DNA of 64,000 bases, from positions 32,001 to 96,000 of the forward strand of contig JAUVNS010000013.1 in NCBI GenBank assembly GCA_030599585.1. Direction: 5' to 3'. The notes under the pieces were generated by a model. The model saw only the letters and a program-made list of their open reading frames with translations. It made no database searches and was not told the origin of the DNA. Position numbers and translations under genes: made by a program. Each line of letters starts with the position of its first letter. Positions within the stretch are counted from its first letter, which is position 1. This document shows positions 18,212 through 28,913 of this stretch, piece after piece. Source of the stretch: Promethearchaeota archaeon. GTDB taxonomy: Archaea > Asgardarchaeota > Lokiarchaeia > Sigyniarchaeales > SOKP01.

Positions 18212-19477
18212 TTATTTTAAAGCAGTAAGTTTTTTGTCAACTATATTAACAAATTTAAGTGAAACATCAAGAAAATTACGCAAAATCTTTTTATCAATGT
18301 TTTCTGGAGCATCCTTTACAGAATGCCAGTTAACCGCTTTGTTTTTTTCATGTTCCATACCCATTAAAGCTGCTGCTTTGAATCCTTCGTGAATATAACG
18401 GCAAGCATCACATGCTCCAATTTTCAGACTTCCCGTTCGTATGTTTAATAAGTCGGGATTTTCAACTTTTGTCTCCGCATGGGCTTGTAATAGAAGGTTA
18501 TTGATATCTGTATCATAGACTGCCTGGTGCATATCTTTTTCAATTAAGAACATATCCTCTGCTGCTCCACAACATTCTAACACCACGGTATAAGAATTAT
18601 CAAGAACCCCTAACTTCCCATATTTTTCAACGAAAGCCTGAGCCCCTCGATCACCTACTTCTTCGCTTCCTTGTGATCCAATCCATACTTCCACGTTCTT
18701 CGGTCTATTTTCGCTCAGGTGTTTTCCTATTGCGACAGCAACGGCAGTGGCAGATAAATTATCGTTTGCTCCTAAAACTACTGTTTTACCCAAGAACCCC
18801 TTTAACAATAAGATGAAAAAGGGATAAATTATAATAAGCGGAATAAAATAAATAAGATCTAACACTGTTATAGAAACTACTCCCCAATTCAAAATTTCAA
18901 TTGAAGATCCAGAAACCAATTGAGCAATAAATTTCCAGAGCGAAAAAATAATGGTGTGAAGTAAGAAGTAAAGCCCTACTCTCCCTATTATTTTGCGCGC
19001 TCGGAGCTTATAGCTCGCAATATTCATTTCTTTTGCACTGTCGGTGTGACCTTCAAATACTATACGAAATTTAACTTCCTCTGTAGGTTTTATTATTCCG
19101 AATACATTACTAGATTTTTTAGTCTTAAATAGAAATCCAATCCATCCTTTCATCAAAAATAACTCGCTATAGAGCACAGTAATGCCGAGGATTACAAGGA
19201 TTAAAGATACAATAGGAAAAGGAAATATTAAAGGCATAAATAATGGAGAAATGCCTCCCAAGATTCCCGCTACTTTAGTAAAGCCTTGAGGATACATCGC
19301 AGGGCGCGTTTCAAACTCGTCGATGAAGGTTTCGTCGCAAAATTGGTCAAGTTCTTTCTTAATCCAAATATTTGCGTTTTTTTCAGCTTCGCTACATGAA
19401 TATCTCGGTCCAAACTTCTTACAGATTGTATCTATGAAATTAAACATGTAATCAGAATAAGACTCATCTGTTTTCAT
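18212..19477 (-). CDS. Membrane-embedded M28-family peptidase
   Basis: GHTDS, GANDNLS, SEEVGDRG and NWHSVKD motifs with inserted TM helices. Confidence 0.75.
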   Translation of the reverse strand: MKTDESYSDYMFNFIDTICKKFGPRYSCSEAEKNANIWIKKELDQFCDETFIDEFETRPAMYPQGFTKVAGILGGISPLFMPLIFPFPIVSLILVILGITVLYSELFLMKGWIGFLFKTKKSSNVFGIIKPTEEVKFRIVFEGHTDSAKEMNIASYKLRARKIIGRVGLYFLLHTIIFSLWKFIAQLVSGSSIEILNWGVVSITVLDLIYFIPLIIIYPFFILLLKGFLGKTVVLGANDNLSATAVAVAIGKHLSENRPKNVEVWIGSQGSEEVGDRGAQAFVEKYGKLGVLDNSYTVVLECCGAAEDMFLIEKDMHQAVYDTDINNLLLQAHAETKVENPDLLNIRTGSLKIGACDACRYIHEGFKAAALMGMEHEKNKAVNWHSVKDAPENIDKKILRNFLDVSLKFVNIVDKKLTALK

Positions 19478-19755
19478 ACCAAATTCTCAACTTACACTTA
19501 GTAAAATTAATTACGATTAAGAATTCAACATAAATTTTATTTGTATCGCATTTTATTCGAGTTTTCTAAGAAGATATTTTCAAAGGAGGAGTAATTTTTA
19601 CCCTTTTTTTTTTTTTTTTTCTTAAATAATTATTGAGATTCTAAAATAGTTTATCCGTTAATAAAACTAGGAGACAGATTTTTATTCCAAATTAACCTAA
19701 TTTAAACACAATAACATCTAACCAAAACAATTGAAAACTTAAAAAAGGTGTAGAC

Positions 19756-20430
19756 ATGGTAAAAATGAGTCGTCTTTTGAAAAAAAAAACCGCGTACATC
19801 ATAATAGGTATAAGTATAGCGTGTTTGATACTTGGTCCAGTAATGGGATTATTATTAGATAAAATGACAATTTACGACAAAGATTCTGAACTCATACTAG
19901 AAGATAGTAGTTCAGGTCTGACGAAAGCATTCTATAAACCGGTGTCTTTAAGTAAAGATCAAAAACTCATAGTAGAGATTTCAGAATTTTACCCGAATAC
20001 AAGTATTACCATAAAAATTATTGCTAAGAGCGTTTTCGATCGAGCGTTTAGTTTGAATAGCACTCCAAGCGGAATTTCAGGGTTAAATTTTGTATATTCT
20101 GAATTTGGATGGGGGGCATCGCCTGCTGGCAGTACAAACGGAGCTACAGCACTATCCTTACCGAGTACCGGAATGTATTTCTATATCGAATTTATGGGAG
20201 ATAGAACAGGAGATTCGTTAATCTCGTGGCCAGGTGATTATTTCGTTATAGTTTACGGAACTAACTCAGGTCCAGCTTCAGTAAGAGATGTATATTTTGA
20301 TATTACCATAAAAGTTGATGGCCCGGGAGAGACTTTGAACAATTTTCTAATAATTATAGGAGCACTCATTCTAGTTGCTTACGCTATGTTAGCTTTAGTA
20401 TCAATATTAAAAGCAAATTATCTAAGGTGA
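19756..20430 (+). CDS. Hypothetical protein with N- and C-terminal TM helices flanking an extracellular beta-rich domain
   Basis: Two terminal hydrophobic helices; SD-like AGGTG upstream. Confidence 0.7.
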   Translation: MVKMSRLLKKKTAYIIIGISIACLILGPVMGLLLDKMTIYDKDSELILEDSSSGLTKAFYKPVSLSKDQKLIVEISEFYPNTSITIKIIAKSVFDRAFSLNSTPSGISGLNFVYSEFGWGASPAGSTNGATALSLPSTGMYFYIEFMGDRTGDSLISWPGDYFVIVYGTNSGPASVRDVYFDITIKVDGPGETLNNFLIIIGALILVAYAMLALVSILKANYLR

Positions 20431-20436
20431 TTAAAA

Positions 20437-20910
20437 ATGGGGACAGAAGAAAGAAAAGTAAGCTTATATGATATGTTACCAGTAATGAATAAAGAAAAAG
20501 CTACTAAATTCCTCATCTATGGATTATTAGTAGCAATCATTTTTGGTACTATACTCATGATTAGTAAATCAATTGCAGATAATGCTTCCATATGGCTATC
20601 ATTAGAAAACCAACAAAACGAAATGAACTATATGCAAGGATTATACGGGTATAACGATTACATCGTAAAGATTGAAAGAGCGCTTTTAATCAGATATTGG
20701 ATGGAATATCAAGTAATCATCGTTGGAAATATAGCTAGAATAGGTGTAAATGTTGGTTTATTCTTCATTGTTGTAGGATTTCTGAGTTTTGCTTTAAATG
20801 ACAAATTTGACGAAAAATCACGAAGAATATATCTTATTCTAGCCGGTGCTATTCTGTTTGTAATCATGGTGACCACATTTTTCTCTCAAATTGCGATAAT
20901 TGTATCTTAA
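20437..20910 (+). CDS. Hypothetical membrane protein (about 3 TM)
   Basis: Hydrophobic helices; GGTGA SD; 6 nt after the previous gene. Confidence 0.7.
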   Translation: MGTEERKVSLYDMLPVMNKEKATKFLIYGLLVAIIFGTILMISKSIADNASIWLSLENQQNEMNYMQGLYGYNDYIVKIERALLIRYWMEYQVIIVGNIARIGVNVGLFFIVVGFLSFALNDKFDEKSRRIYLILAGAILFVIMVTTFFSQIAIIVS

Positions 20911-21016
20911 ATCTAAATAATTTTTTTCTTTTTTTTATATCTTTAACTAAGAAAGAATATATATCATACATCAATTAACTATAAATTACTCCTAATTTCA
21001 GTAGGTAAATCTCACT

Positions 21017-22231
21017 ATGAACTCTGAACAGGATGATACAAAAAGACAGGAACTAGTTAAGGGTTCGTTCTTGGTGGAATTTATTATATATTTGCTTTTT
21101 GCACTAGGTCCTTTAACGGGTAATGTCATTCTTGTCTTATTTGGAGTACTGTCTGCTGATTTTTCTGTTTTACCAAGTGATTTGTTAATAACCATCCCCT
21201 CGTTTATGTTCCCATTTGCCTTCGTGCAATTATTTTCAGGGGCAATTTCAGATGTAAAGGGCAGATACACGGTAATTTTATTAGGTCTGTCAATTTTTGG
21301 AATGGGAATGATTCTAGCGTCTTTATCGTTCTCCCTAATAATCTTTGTTTTAGCTAATGTATTAGGTGGAATTGGTTTTGGTTTTGTAAACCCAGTTTTA
21401 ATAGCGTTAATCACAGATATAACCCCCGGACCGAAAATCTCGAAAAAAATGGGATTACTAGGCGCTGTTGCTAATTTAGCAGTTGGGTTTGGTCCTTTAT
21501 TAGCTGGACAAATATTAATAGTAGGGTGGAGGTATCTTTATGTAATTTTTGTTGTTATCACTGTTGTAGGTTTCATAATAATCTTTAGTCTAAAAAGAAG
21601 CCAACCAAAAACTTCATCAGAAATGGAAATCCGAGAATTTTTCTCCCACTTGAAGATAGAAATTCGAAGACCTGTAGTACTACTGTTGATTTTGTCAGCT
21701 TTTTTAGTTTCCCACACTTCTATCGCAGCGATTATTTGGACTTCGCGATCGTTTACGCATATAATTCCTGAGAATATTTCAGGTGTGGTTCTATTACTTT
21801 ATGGGATCATGGGTTTCGTATCTGCAAATATTGCGGGGATAACGATTAAGAAGAGAGGAATTAGGTTTACGCTGTCTATTGCATTGATTTCACTTATTAT
21901 AGGTGACATAATTTTAGTTGTATTCGGTGATAATAGTTTGGAAGCCCTAGTTTTAACCACTACAGGTTTGATTTTTATGGGCTTCGCGGGCGGATTATTA
22001 TTTACTTCTCTCATGTACTACAGTCAAACGTTATCTAAAGAAAGGAGAGGTGCTCTAGCTGGTTTAACTACAGCAGGGCAATTTATTGGAATTGCTTTTG
22101 TTACGATAACTCTTGAACCTTTTTTTAATTCTGGTGGAATTTCCTTAGTTTACCTGATAATTCTAATGATTTCTATAATACTTTGTGTTATTTTACTATT
22201 GTTAGATAAATTCGCAAAAAAGACAAAATAA
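21017..22231 (+). CDS. MFS transporter (DHA1/efflux-like)
   Basis: Motif A GAISDVKGR, GPLLAG, about 12 TM. Confidence 0.8.
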   Translation: MNSEQDDTKRQELVKGSFLVEFIIYLLFALGPLTGNVILVLFGVLSADFSVLPSDLLITIPSFMFPFAFVQLFSGAISDVKGRYTVILLGLSIFGMGMILASLSFSLIIFVLANVLGGIGFGFVNPVLIALITDITPGPKISKKMGLLGAVANLAVGFGPLLAGQILIVGWRYLYVIFVVITVVGFIIIFSLKRSQPKTSSEMEIREFFSHLKIEIRRPVVLLLILSAFLVSHTSIAAIIWTSRSFTHIIPENISGVVLLLYGIMGFVSANIAGITIKKRGIRFTLSIALISLIIGDIILVVFGDNSLEALVLTTTGLIFMGFAGGLLFTSLMYYSQTLSKERRGALAGLTTAGQFIGIAFVTITLEPFFNSGGISLVYLIILMISIILCVILLLLDKFAKKTK

Positions 22232-22260
22232 CTAGTTATCATTTGTAAAATAAATCTATA

Positions 22261-25023
22261 TTAATTTAGAACGGTAACTTCTTCTTTATCGCTCATTTTT
22301 TCCTCGGTTTTCACTTTATCTAAGAAGTATGGATCCATTATAGTGGAAATTTGCTTAAAATCGTAATGCGTGGCCTCAATTGCTTTTAAGTGACAAGTTG
22401 CAGAACATTTTCCACATCCTTTGCATAATGATGAATTAATAACAGCTTTTTTAACTGGTATACTCACATCTTCAAAGGTTTGTTTCATATCTACAAGTGA
22501 AATTGCTTTAAAGGCACACACTTCCGTGCAATTGCCACATCCATTACACTTTTCAATAGTTATTTTCATATCTTTAAAGTAGCATTCTATAGATAATAGA
22601 AACGATAGAAATTCTAATTTGGATGTTGATATTTCCTTTATACTTAAAAATCTACTTGCACGACCTGCGGCCCCATTTGACTCCAACATAGAATCTTGAA
22701 CATTTTTTGGCCATAGAGCACAGCCACATACAAAAATCCCTTGCCCTGCAAAATCTAAAGGTCGTAATTTCGTATGAGCTTCAATAAAAAACCCATTTTC
22801 ATCCAAGGGTATATTCAAGATATTTGACAAAGACTTAATATCAGCAGGAGGAACCATAGGCGTAGAGAGTATAACAAGATCAGTGTTGAAGTTAAGAATA
22901 TTATTATTGTTAAGATCATCATGTAAGGTTATTTCATATTTTTCTGGATCACTATTCAGTTTTGCTATCTCAGGAATATTATCTATGTCGTATCTTAAAT
23001 ATTTAGCTAACGATTTTCTTTCACTGAAAATCTCTTCGAATTCTTTTTTAGCCATATGAAGATCGCGAAACAACACTAGAATGTTGAGATTAGGTTTAAG
23101 TTCTTTTAGAATTTCAATGTTTTTTATGGCGTTACTACAACAGACATTTGAACAATAAGTAAATCCATTTACTTGTCTTGATTTTACACAAAGTATTACT
23201 GTAACATGTTTAATCTTCCTTAACCAAGATTTATCTACAGTTTTTAATTTCTGTTCCAACTCTAAGAGTGTCACGACATTTTCATTTTTTTCACTATACT
23301 GAAATTGTCCGTGTGGTTTAAACTCCTGACTCCCTGTTGCAACAATAATAACACCAACTTTAATCTCGTGAACATCGTTAGCCTCATCTACGAATACAAT
23401 TTCATAATTCCCAATTGAACCCTTTACCTCCTTAATTATAGAATTTAAATATACTTTAATCCTCGAATTCTTCTTGATTTTATCTTCGATATTATCCAGA
23501 AATTCTAAAGAATCTTGTTTCGCCGGATATAAAAGGTTTATAAATTTTAAATTTCCTCCTAATTGGTCCTCTTTTTCAATAATAATCGTATCGTATCCTT
23601 GTTTACTTATATTTAATGCCGCTCCCATCCCTGAAACTCCACCACCTATTATTAAAGCTCTTGGTGTTATGGTAACAGTTTTATCTTTTGATTGATGGTC
23701 TTTTACACTTGCTTTTACCTGGGAATATCTTGCAGAATTTAATAAAGTTGCTACATGTCCTGCTACTCCACTAGCATCAGCAGCAGTTTCTGTTATATTC
23801 ATCGGACCCTGACAGAAGCCACATAAAAAGATTCCTTCCTTCATAGATAGAGATTTATTGAAGTAGGATTTAGATTTAAAAAACCCGTAATTATCTAATT
23901 CAATTCCTAGTTTTTCAGCTAATAGATTTGTTCCTTCGGAAGAAGTTGTTGGAGCAGCTAAAACTACCATATTTGCTCTAAAAGTCTTATCCTCTTCGGT
24001 TTTTAAATCCCTATAATGTATAAGTAAATCTTTTGTATCCGGTTCTTCTTCAATTTTATAGATCTTTGTGTGAAAATATTCTATGCCAAAGTTTTCTTGG
24101 GAACTTCTAGTATATTCGTAAAAGTTTTTACCAAAAACTCTAATATTATGCCTGAAGATTGAAACTTGTGTGTTTTCCGAATAGGTTTTAGTTAAAATTG
24201 CATTTTTTACAGTATACATGCAGCACACACGTGAACAATATGGAATATCTCCTTTTGAATTATTAGAACTAACACAATTGATAAAAACTATTTTTTGAGG
24301 TTCTTTTTCATCGCTAGGTCGTAAGATATTTCTACCGAAAGGTCCAGTAGGACTAATGAATCGTTCATATTCTAAACCAGTGACAACATTTTTATATTGA
24401 TAACCCCACTTTTCCGGTAAATTGTCACCAGAAATATCAAAACCAGTTGCAACCACAATAGCTCCGACTTTGAATTGAATTTCCTGTGTTTTTTGGTTAA
24501 AATCTATCGCACCCACCTTGCAAACTTTACTACAAACTCCACACACATCTCTATTTAGATATAAACACATCTTTGGATCAATTAGATATACTGGTGGGGT
24601 TGCCTGTAGAAAAGGTATATAGACCGATTTTCTTTTTCCCAAATTCAAGTCAAATTTATTAGGAGCTTCAATCTTTGGACATTTTGCAGCACATTCGCCA
24701 CAACCTCTGCATTTTGTTTCATCAATAAATCGGGGTTCCTTTTTAATGGTTACGTTGAAATCTCCCAGAGTTCCTGTAATTTCTTGAACCTCTGAAAGAG
24801 TGTATAACTCGATATCAGGATTTTTATATACCGAAACCATTTTAGGAGCCAATACACATAAACTACAATCATTATTTGGAAAAAGCTTGTCAAATTGTGC
24901 CATTCGGCCTCCGATGGATGGTTCCCTTTCAACTAAATAAACTTTAAATCCAAGTTCGGTTAAATCTAGGGAGGTTTGAATTCCTGCGATGCCTCCCCCA
25001 ATAACTAACACAGACCCTTCCAT
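22261..25023 (-). CDS. hdrA: HdrA-like flavoprotein with two FAD modules; divergent duplicate of the 25827-28913 gene
   Basis: MEGSVLVIGGGIAG, IGGRMAQFDKLFPNNDCSLC, ferredoxin motifs, second GGGVSG module, C-terminal 2x[4Fe-4S]. ATG at 25023 with AGGTG SD is preferred over GTG at 25035. Confidence 0.85.
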   Translation of the reverse strand: MEGSVLVIGGGIAGIQTSLDLTELGFKVYLVEREPSIGGRMAQFDKLFPNNDCSLCVLAPKMVSVYKNPDIELYTLSEVQEITGTLGDFNVTIKKEPRFIDETKCRGCGECAAKCPKIEAPNKFDLNLGKRKSVYIPFLQATPPVYLIDPKMCLYLNRDVCGVCSKVCKVGAIDFNQKTQEIQFKVGAIVVATGFDISGDNLPEKWGYQYKNVVTGLEYERFISPTGPFGRNILRPSDEKEPQKIVFINCVSSNNSKGDIPYCSRVCCMYTVKNAILTKTYSENTQVSIFRHNIRVFGKNFYEYTRSSQENFGIEYFHTKIYKIEEEPDTKDLLIHYRDLKTEEDKTFRANMVVLAAPTTSSEGTNLLAEKLGIELDNYGFFKSKSYFNKSLSMKEGIFLCGFCQGPMNITETAADASGVAGHVATLLNSARYSQVKASVKDHQSKDKTVTITPRALIIGGGVSGMGAALNISKQGYDTIIIEKEDQLGGNLKFINLLYPAKQDSLEFLDNIEDKIKKNSRIKVYLNSIIKEVKGSIGNYEIVFVDEANDVHEIKVGVIIVATGSQEFKPHGQFQYSEKNENVVTLLELEQKLKTVDKSWLRKIKHVTVILCVKSRQVNGFTYCSNVCCSNAIKNIEILKELKPNLNILVLFRDLHMAKKEFEEIFSERKSLAKYLRYDIDNIPEIAKLNSDPEKYEITLHDDLNNNNILNFNTDLVILSTPMVPPADIKSLSNILNIPLDENGFFIEAHTKLRPLDFAGQGIFVCGCALWPKNVQDSMLESNGAAGRASRFLSIKEISTSKLEFLSFLLSIECYFKDMKITIEKCNGCGNCTEVCAFKAISLVDMKQTFEDVSIPVKKAVINSSLCKGCGKCSATCHLKAIEATHYDFKQISTIMDPYFLDKVKTEEKMSDKEEVTVLN

Positions 25024-25368
25024 AATTTTAAACACCTTTTTAAAAAACAGAGTTTGTAATTGAAAATCTTTAACAACTCTGTCATGAATCTTTTTTAATT
25101 AAGTAATGGAGAGTTAAAATTATTATATAAATATTATCGTGATAAATTATCACAAAACGACAAAACAAATGAAATATTTTTTGTTTTATGACATGATTTC
25201 GATTTTTTTGATCAATTATAAACATTTATAGAATAAAAAGTGATTTAAAGTGACATTTTAAAATTAATAAATTCTTTTAAGTTTAAAATTGAAACTCTAT
25301 TCATAAAAAATTGAATTTTAAATAATTAGATTCGAAGATTCCACTAGACTTGGAAGGAAAATAATGTT

Positions 25369-25806
25369 TTAAAAAAACTTAAGAGGCCCTAATCCTTTAA
25401 TTTCGTTAGTAAACTCTGTGATTAAATCAGCAAATCTCCTACCCTCAGATGCGCTAACCCATTCTAGTCGTACTCGCTTCTCATTGATTCCTAATTGTTT
25501 TATTATAATTCTATGTAATTTTTCAAAGCGGTCTTTTGCGTATTCGTTTCCAGTTATATAATGACAATCACCTATATGACACCCTGTTATTAAAACTCCA
25601 TCAGCTCCTTCCTTTAAAGCTTTTAAAACAAACGAAGGATCAACTCTCCCTGAACACATGACTCTCACAATTCTCATATTAGGAGGATATTGAAATCTTG
25701 AGACTCCTGCTAGATCAGCTCCAGCGTACGAGCACCAATTACAGCAAAATACTAGGATTTCAGGTTCAAAATCTTGTTTTACTGCTTTATTTTTTGCTTC
25801 GGGCAT
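25369..25806 (-). CDS. mvhD: MvhD/FlpD [2Fe-2S] subunit, Cys form
   Basis: FCCNWCSYAGADLAG, RVMCSGRV, GCHIGDCHY, WVSASEG. Confidence 0.95.
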   Translation of the reverse strand: MPEAKNKAVKQDFEPEILVFCCNWCSYAGADLAGVSRFQYPPNMRIVRVMCSGRVDPSFVLKALKEGADGVLITGCHIGDCHYITGNEYAKDRFEKLHRIIIKQLGINEKRVRLEWVSASEGRRFADLITEFTNEIKGLGPLKFF

Positions 25807-25826
25807 AATTTTTTATTGCTTTTTTT

Positions 25827-28800
25827 TTATTCTAATAGATAAGATTCAATCATTGCATAAATCTGGTCAAAATCATAATGTTTCACAGATATAGCACCAT
25901 TTTGGCAGGTTGCAGCACAAGTACCACATCCTTTACATAAGGCTGAATTTATAAAAGATTTTGAAACTTTTAAGCTGACTTCTTCAAAGTCCAGCATTGC
26001 ATCTATAAGTTCAATCGCATTATATGGGCAAACGGATTCACATTTCCCACAGCCAATACATCTCTCTTGATTTACTTCCGCTATAAGCCCTGACGTTTTA
26101 ATTGTTTTAGCACTTAAAAATCGACTAGCGCGACCTGCAGCACCATTTGCTTGAGATATTGAATCTTGGATATTTTTTGGCCATTGCGCACATCCACATA
26201 GAAAGATACCCTCTGTTGCAAAATCCAAAGGACGTAATTTAACATGTGCTTCTAAAAAGAATCTGTTTTTATCTAATGGTACTTTTAGCATTTTCGCTAG
26301 TTCCTGTAGGTTTTCTGGAGGGACCATGGGAGTTGATAATACAACCAAATCCGTTTCAAATTGAAGTTGATCTTGTAAATTTGTCTCAAATACGGATACT
26401 TGATATTTTTCAGGTTTTTCGTTTATTTTCACAATCTCTGGTTGTCCTTCTAAGTCATATCTTAGGAGCATACTCTCCTTTCTCCTATCACGATAATATT
26501 CTTCGAACTCTTTTTTAGCCATCTGAAAATCGCGGTATAACGCAACTATTTCAAGCTCGGGCTTTAATTCTTTTAAAATGCTTATATTTTTTAAACTCAC
26601 GCCACAACATACATTTGAGCAATAAGTAATACCTTCTTTCTGTCTGGCATTAACGCAGAGGATTACTGTTATGCGATTGATTCCATCGAGCCAAGATTTA
26701 TCATCACCTTTCAATTTTTTTTCTAATTCTAATTGAGTAATGACATTTTTATTTTTCTCACTATATTGAAATAAACCTTCTGGTTTTAACTCAAGGGCGC
26801 CAGTTGCAACTATTATTGTGCCGACTTTTACATCTTGAATGTTTTCTTCCTTGGAATCAATAATTGAGACATTATAATTACCAATAAACCCCTTAATCTC
26901 TTTAAATTTTGAACTTAAGAAAACCTGGATGTTTTTACTTTTCTCAACTTTATTCTTTATCTCGTTTAAAAATTTTGTTGCGTCTTCATGTATAGGATAT
27001 AAAATATTAAGATCGTTGAGATTTCCTCCTAGTTTGTTTTCTTTTTCAACAATATAAGTTTGAAATCCTTGACTAGCAAGATTGAGAGCAGCAGTCATTC
27101 CAGATATACCACCACCTATAATTAATGCATTTGGGGTAATATCTAATAACGCTTCGGTTAGCGGTTTCAACAACCGAGCTTTAGCCACGGCCATTCGTAT
27201 TAAATCTTTAGATTTTTCGGTAGCAAATTCATATTCATTCATATGTACCCAAGAACATTGATCTCTTATATTTACCATTTCAAATAGGTATTTATTTAAG
27301 CCAACTTCTACACAAGTTTCTTGAAATAAAGATTCGTGAGTTCTTGGAGTACACGAAGCTATTATAAATCTATTAAGATTATGTTCTTTAATTATCTCTT
27401 TTATTCTTATTTGTGAATCGCTGGAACATGAATACATGTTATCTTCTACGTGGACGACGTAAGGTAGAGTTTTGACATATTCAACTGCACTTGAAACATC
27501 TACATATTTACCTATGTTGATTCCACAGTGACAGATAAGAACCCCTATCCGTGGTTCATCCGTTATTTTTATTTCTCTTTCAGGCTCAATACCTTCTTTT
27601 TCTCTAATTTCGTTGAATTTCACCGAGTTTAGTATCATTGCGACTTGAGATGCTACTCCGCTCGCGTCAGCAACAGTTTCAGGTATATCCATTGGCCCTT
27701 GACAAAAACCACATAGAAAAATTCCTTCTTTTGATGATAAAGATTTATTAAAATATGATTGTTCTTTGTAGAAATTATATTTATCTAGCTCTACATCTAA
27801 AATTTCAGCCATTTCATTTGTTCCCTTTGTAGGAACTAAGGGTGTTGCTAAAACAACTAGGTTAGCTCTAAAATCAGAAAATTTGCCAGTTTTTAGATCC
27901 TCATAACGAATAAGTAAGTCGTTATTTTCCTTATCCTCTTCGATTGTACTTATTTTCGTCTGAAAGTATTTTACTCCGTATTCGTCTTGAGCTCTTTGGG
28001 TAAATTCATAAAAGTTTTTACCATAGGCTCTAATATCATGCCTAAAGACATAACAATCGGAATTATCTGAGTGTTCTTTTGTAATAATAGCTTCTTTTGC
28101 AGTATACATACAACACACACTTGAACAATAAGGCACATTCTCATGGAGATCTCTTGATCCTGCGCACTGAACGAAAGCAATTTTCTGAGGTTCTTTCTGA
28201 TCACTTGGCCGCAAGACATGCCCTTCAAATGGTCCGGAAGCGCATAGTATCCTTTCGTATTCTAGTGCGCTCACTACATTTTGGTATTTATATCCCCATC
28301 TTGAAGATAACTGTTCAGCTGGCATGTCAAATCCAGTTGCTACTACGATTGCTCCGACATTGATTTCTATATCTTGAGGTTTTTGTTCATAATCAATCGC
28401 TTCCACTGTACATACTTTTGCGCAAACTCCGCATACGCCTTTTGTCATCTTCAGGCAGAGTTCTGGGTCAATTAAATATACTGGTGGAACTGCTTGAGGG
28501 AAAGGAATGTATATGGACTTTCTTTTACCTAGGCTCATATCGAACAAATTAGGAACTTCAATCTTTGGGCATTTTGTTGCACAATCTCCACATCCTTTAC
28601 ACGTTGTCTCGTCTACATATCGAGGTTTTTTCAAAACTGTTACAGCAAAATTACCAACTTCTCCACTAATCTTTTTAACTTCATGAAAAGTCATAAGTTC
28701 GATATTAGGATTTCTAAATACTTCGACCATTTTTGGTGCTAGGATACATAGCGAACAGTCATTTGTTGGAAAGGTCTTATCCAACTGCGCCATTCTTCCT

Positions 28801-28913
28801 CCGATTGAAGGTGTTCTTTCCACAAGATATACTTTAAATCCAAGCTCCGTTAAATCTAATGAAGTTTGGATCCCAGCAATTCCCGCTCCAATTACTAGTA
28901 CTGAACCTTCCAT
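25827..28913 (-). CDS. hdrA: Large HdrA-like heterodisulfide reductase flavoprotein (two FAD modules, all-Cys form)
   Basis: GAGIAG, LDKTFPTNDCSLC, QCAGSRD...YCSSVCC, internal RIGVLICHCG...YSCS...ASCTPRTHE...NIRDQCSWVH, C-terminal ferredoxin. Confidence 0.92.
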   Translation of the reverse strand: MEGSVLVIGAGIAGIQTSLDLTELGFKVYLVERTPSIGGRMAQLDKTFPTNDCSLCILAPKMVEVFRNPNIELMTFHEVKKISGEVGNFAVTVLKKPRYVDETTCKGCGDCATKCPKIEVPNLFDMSLGKRKSIYIPFPQAVPPVYLIDPELCLKMTKGVCGVCAKVCTVEAIDYEQKPQDIEINVGAIVVATGFDMPAEQLSSRWGYKYQNVVSALEYERILCASGPFEGHVLRPSDQKEPQKIAFVQCAGSRDLHENVPYCSSVCCMYTAKEAIITKEHSDNSDCYVFRHDIRAYGKNFYEFTQRAQDEYGVKYFQTKISTIEEDKENNDLLIRYEDLKTGKFSDFRANLVVLATPLVPTKGTNEMAEILDVELDKYNFYKEQSYFNKSLSSKEGIFLCGFCQGPMDIPETVADASGVASQVAMILNSVKFNEIREKEGIEPEREIKITDEPRIGVLICHCGINIGKYVDVSSAVEYVKTLPYVVHVEDNMYSCSSDSQIRIKEIIKEHNLNRFIIASCTPRTHESLFQETCVEVGLNKYLFEMVNIRDQCSWVHMNEYEFATEKSKDLIRMAVAKARLLKPLTEALLDITPNALIIGGGISGMTAALNLASQGFQTYIVEKENKLGGNLNDLNILYPIHEDATKFLNEIKNKVEKSKNIQVFLSSKFKEIKGFIGNYNVSIIDSKEENIQDVKVGTIIVATGALELKPEGLFQYSEKNKNVITQLELEKKLKGDDKSWLDGINRITVILCVNARQKEGITYCSNVCCGVSLKNISILKELKPELEIVALYRDFQMAKKEFEEYYRDRRKESMLLRYDLEGQPEIVKINEKPEKYQVSVFETNLQDQLQFETDLVVLSTPMVPPENLQELAKMLKVPLDKNRFFLEAHVKLRPLDFATEGIFLCGCAQWPKNIQDSISQANGAAGRASRFLSAKTIKTSGLIAEVNQERCIGCGKCESVCPYNAIELIDAMLDFEEVSLKVSKSFINSALCKGCGTCAATCQNGAISVKHYDFDQIYAMIESYLLE

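Noticed and set aside
19604-19620. T17 homopolymer as a phase-variation tract
   Set aside because: Intergenic in an AT-rich genome where T-runs are common; length may be a sequencing artefact; no evidence of variability.
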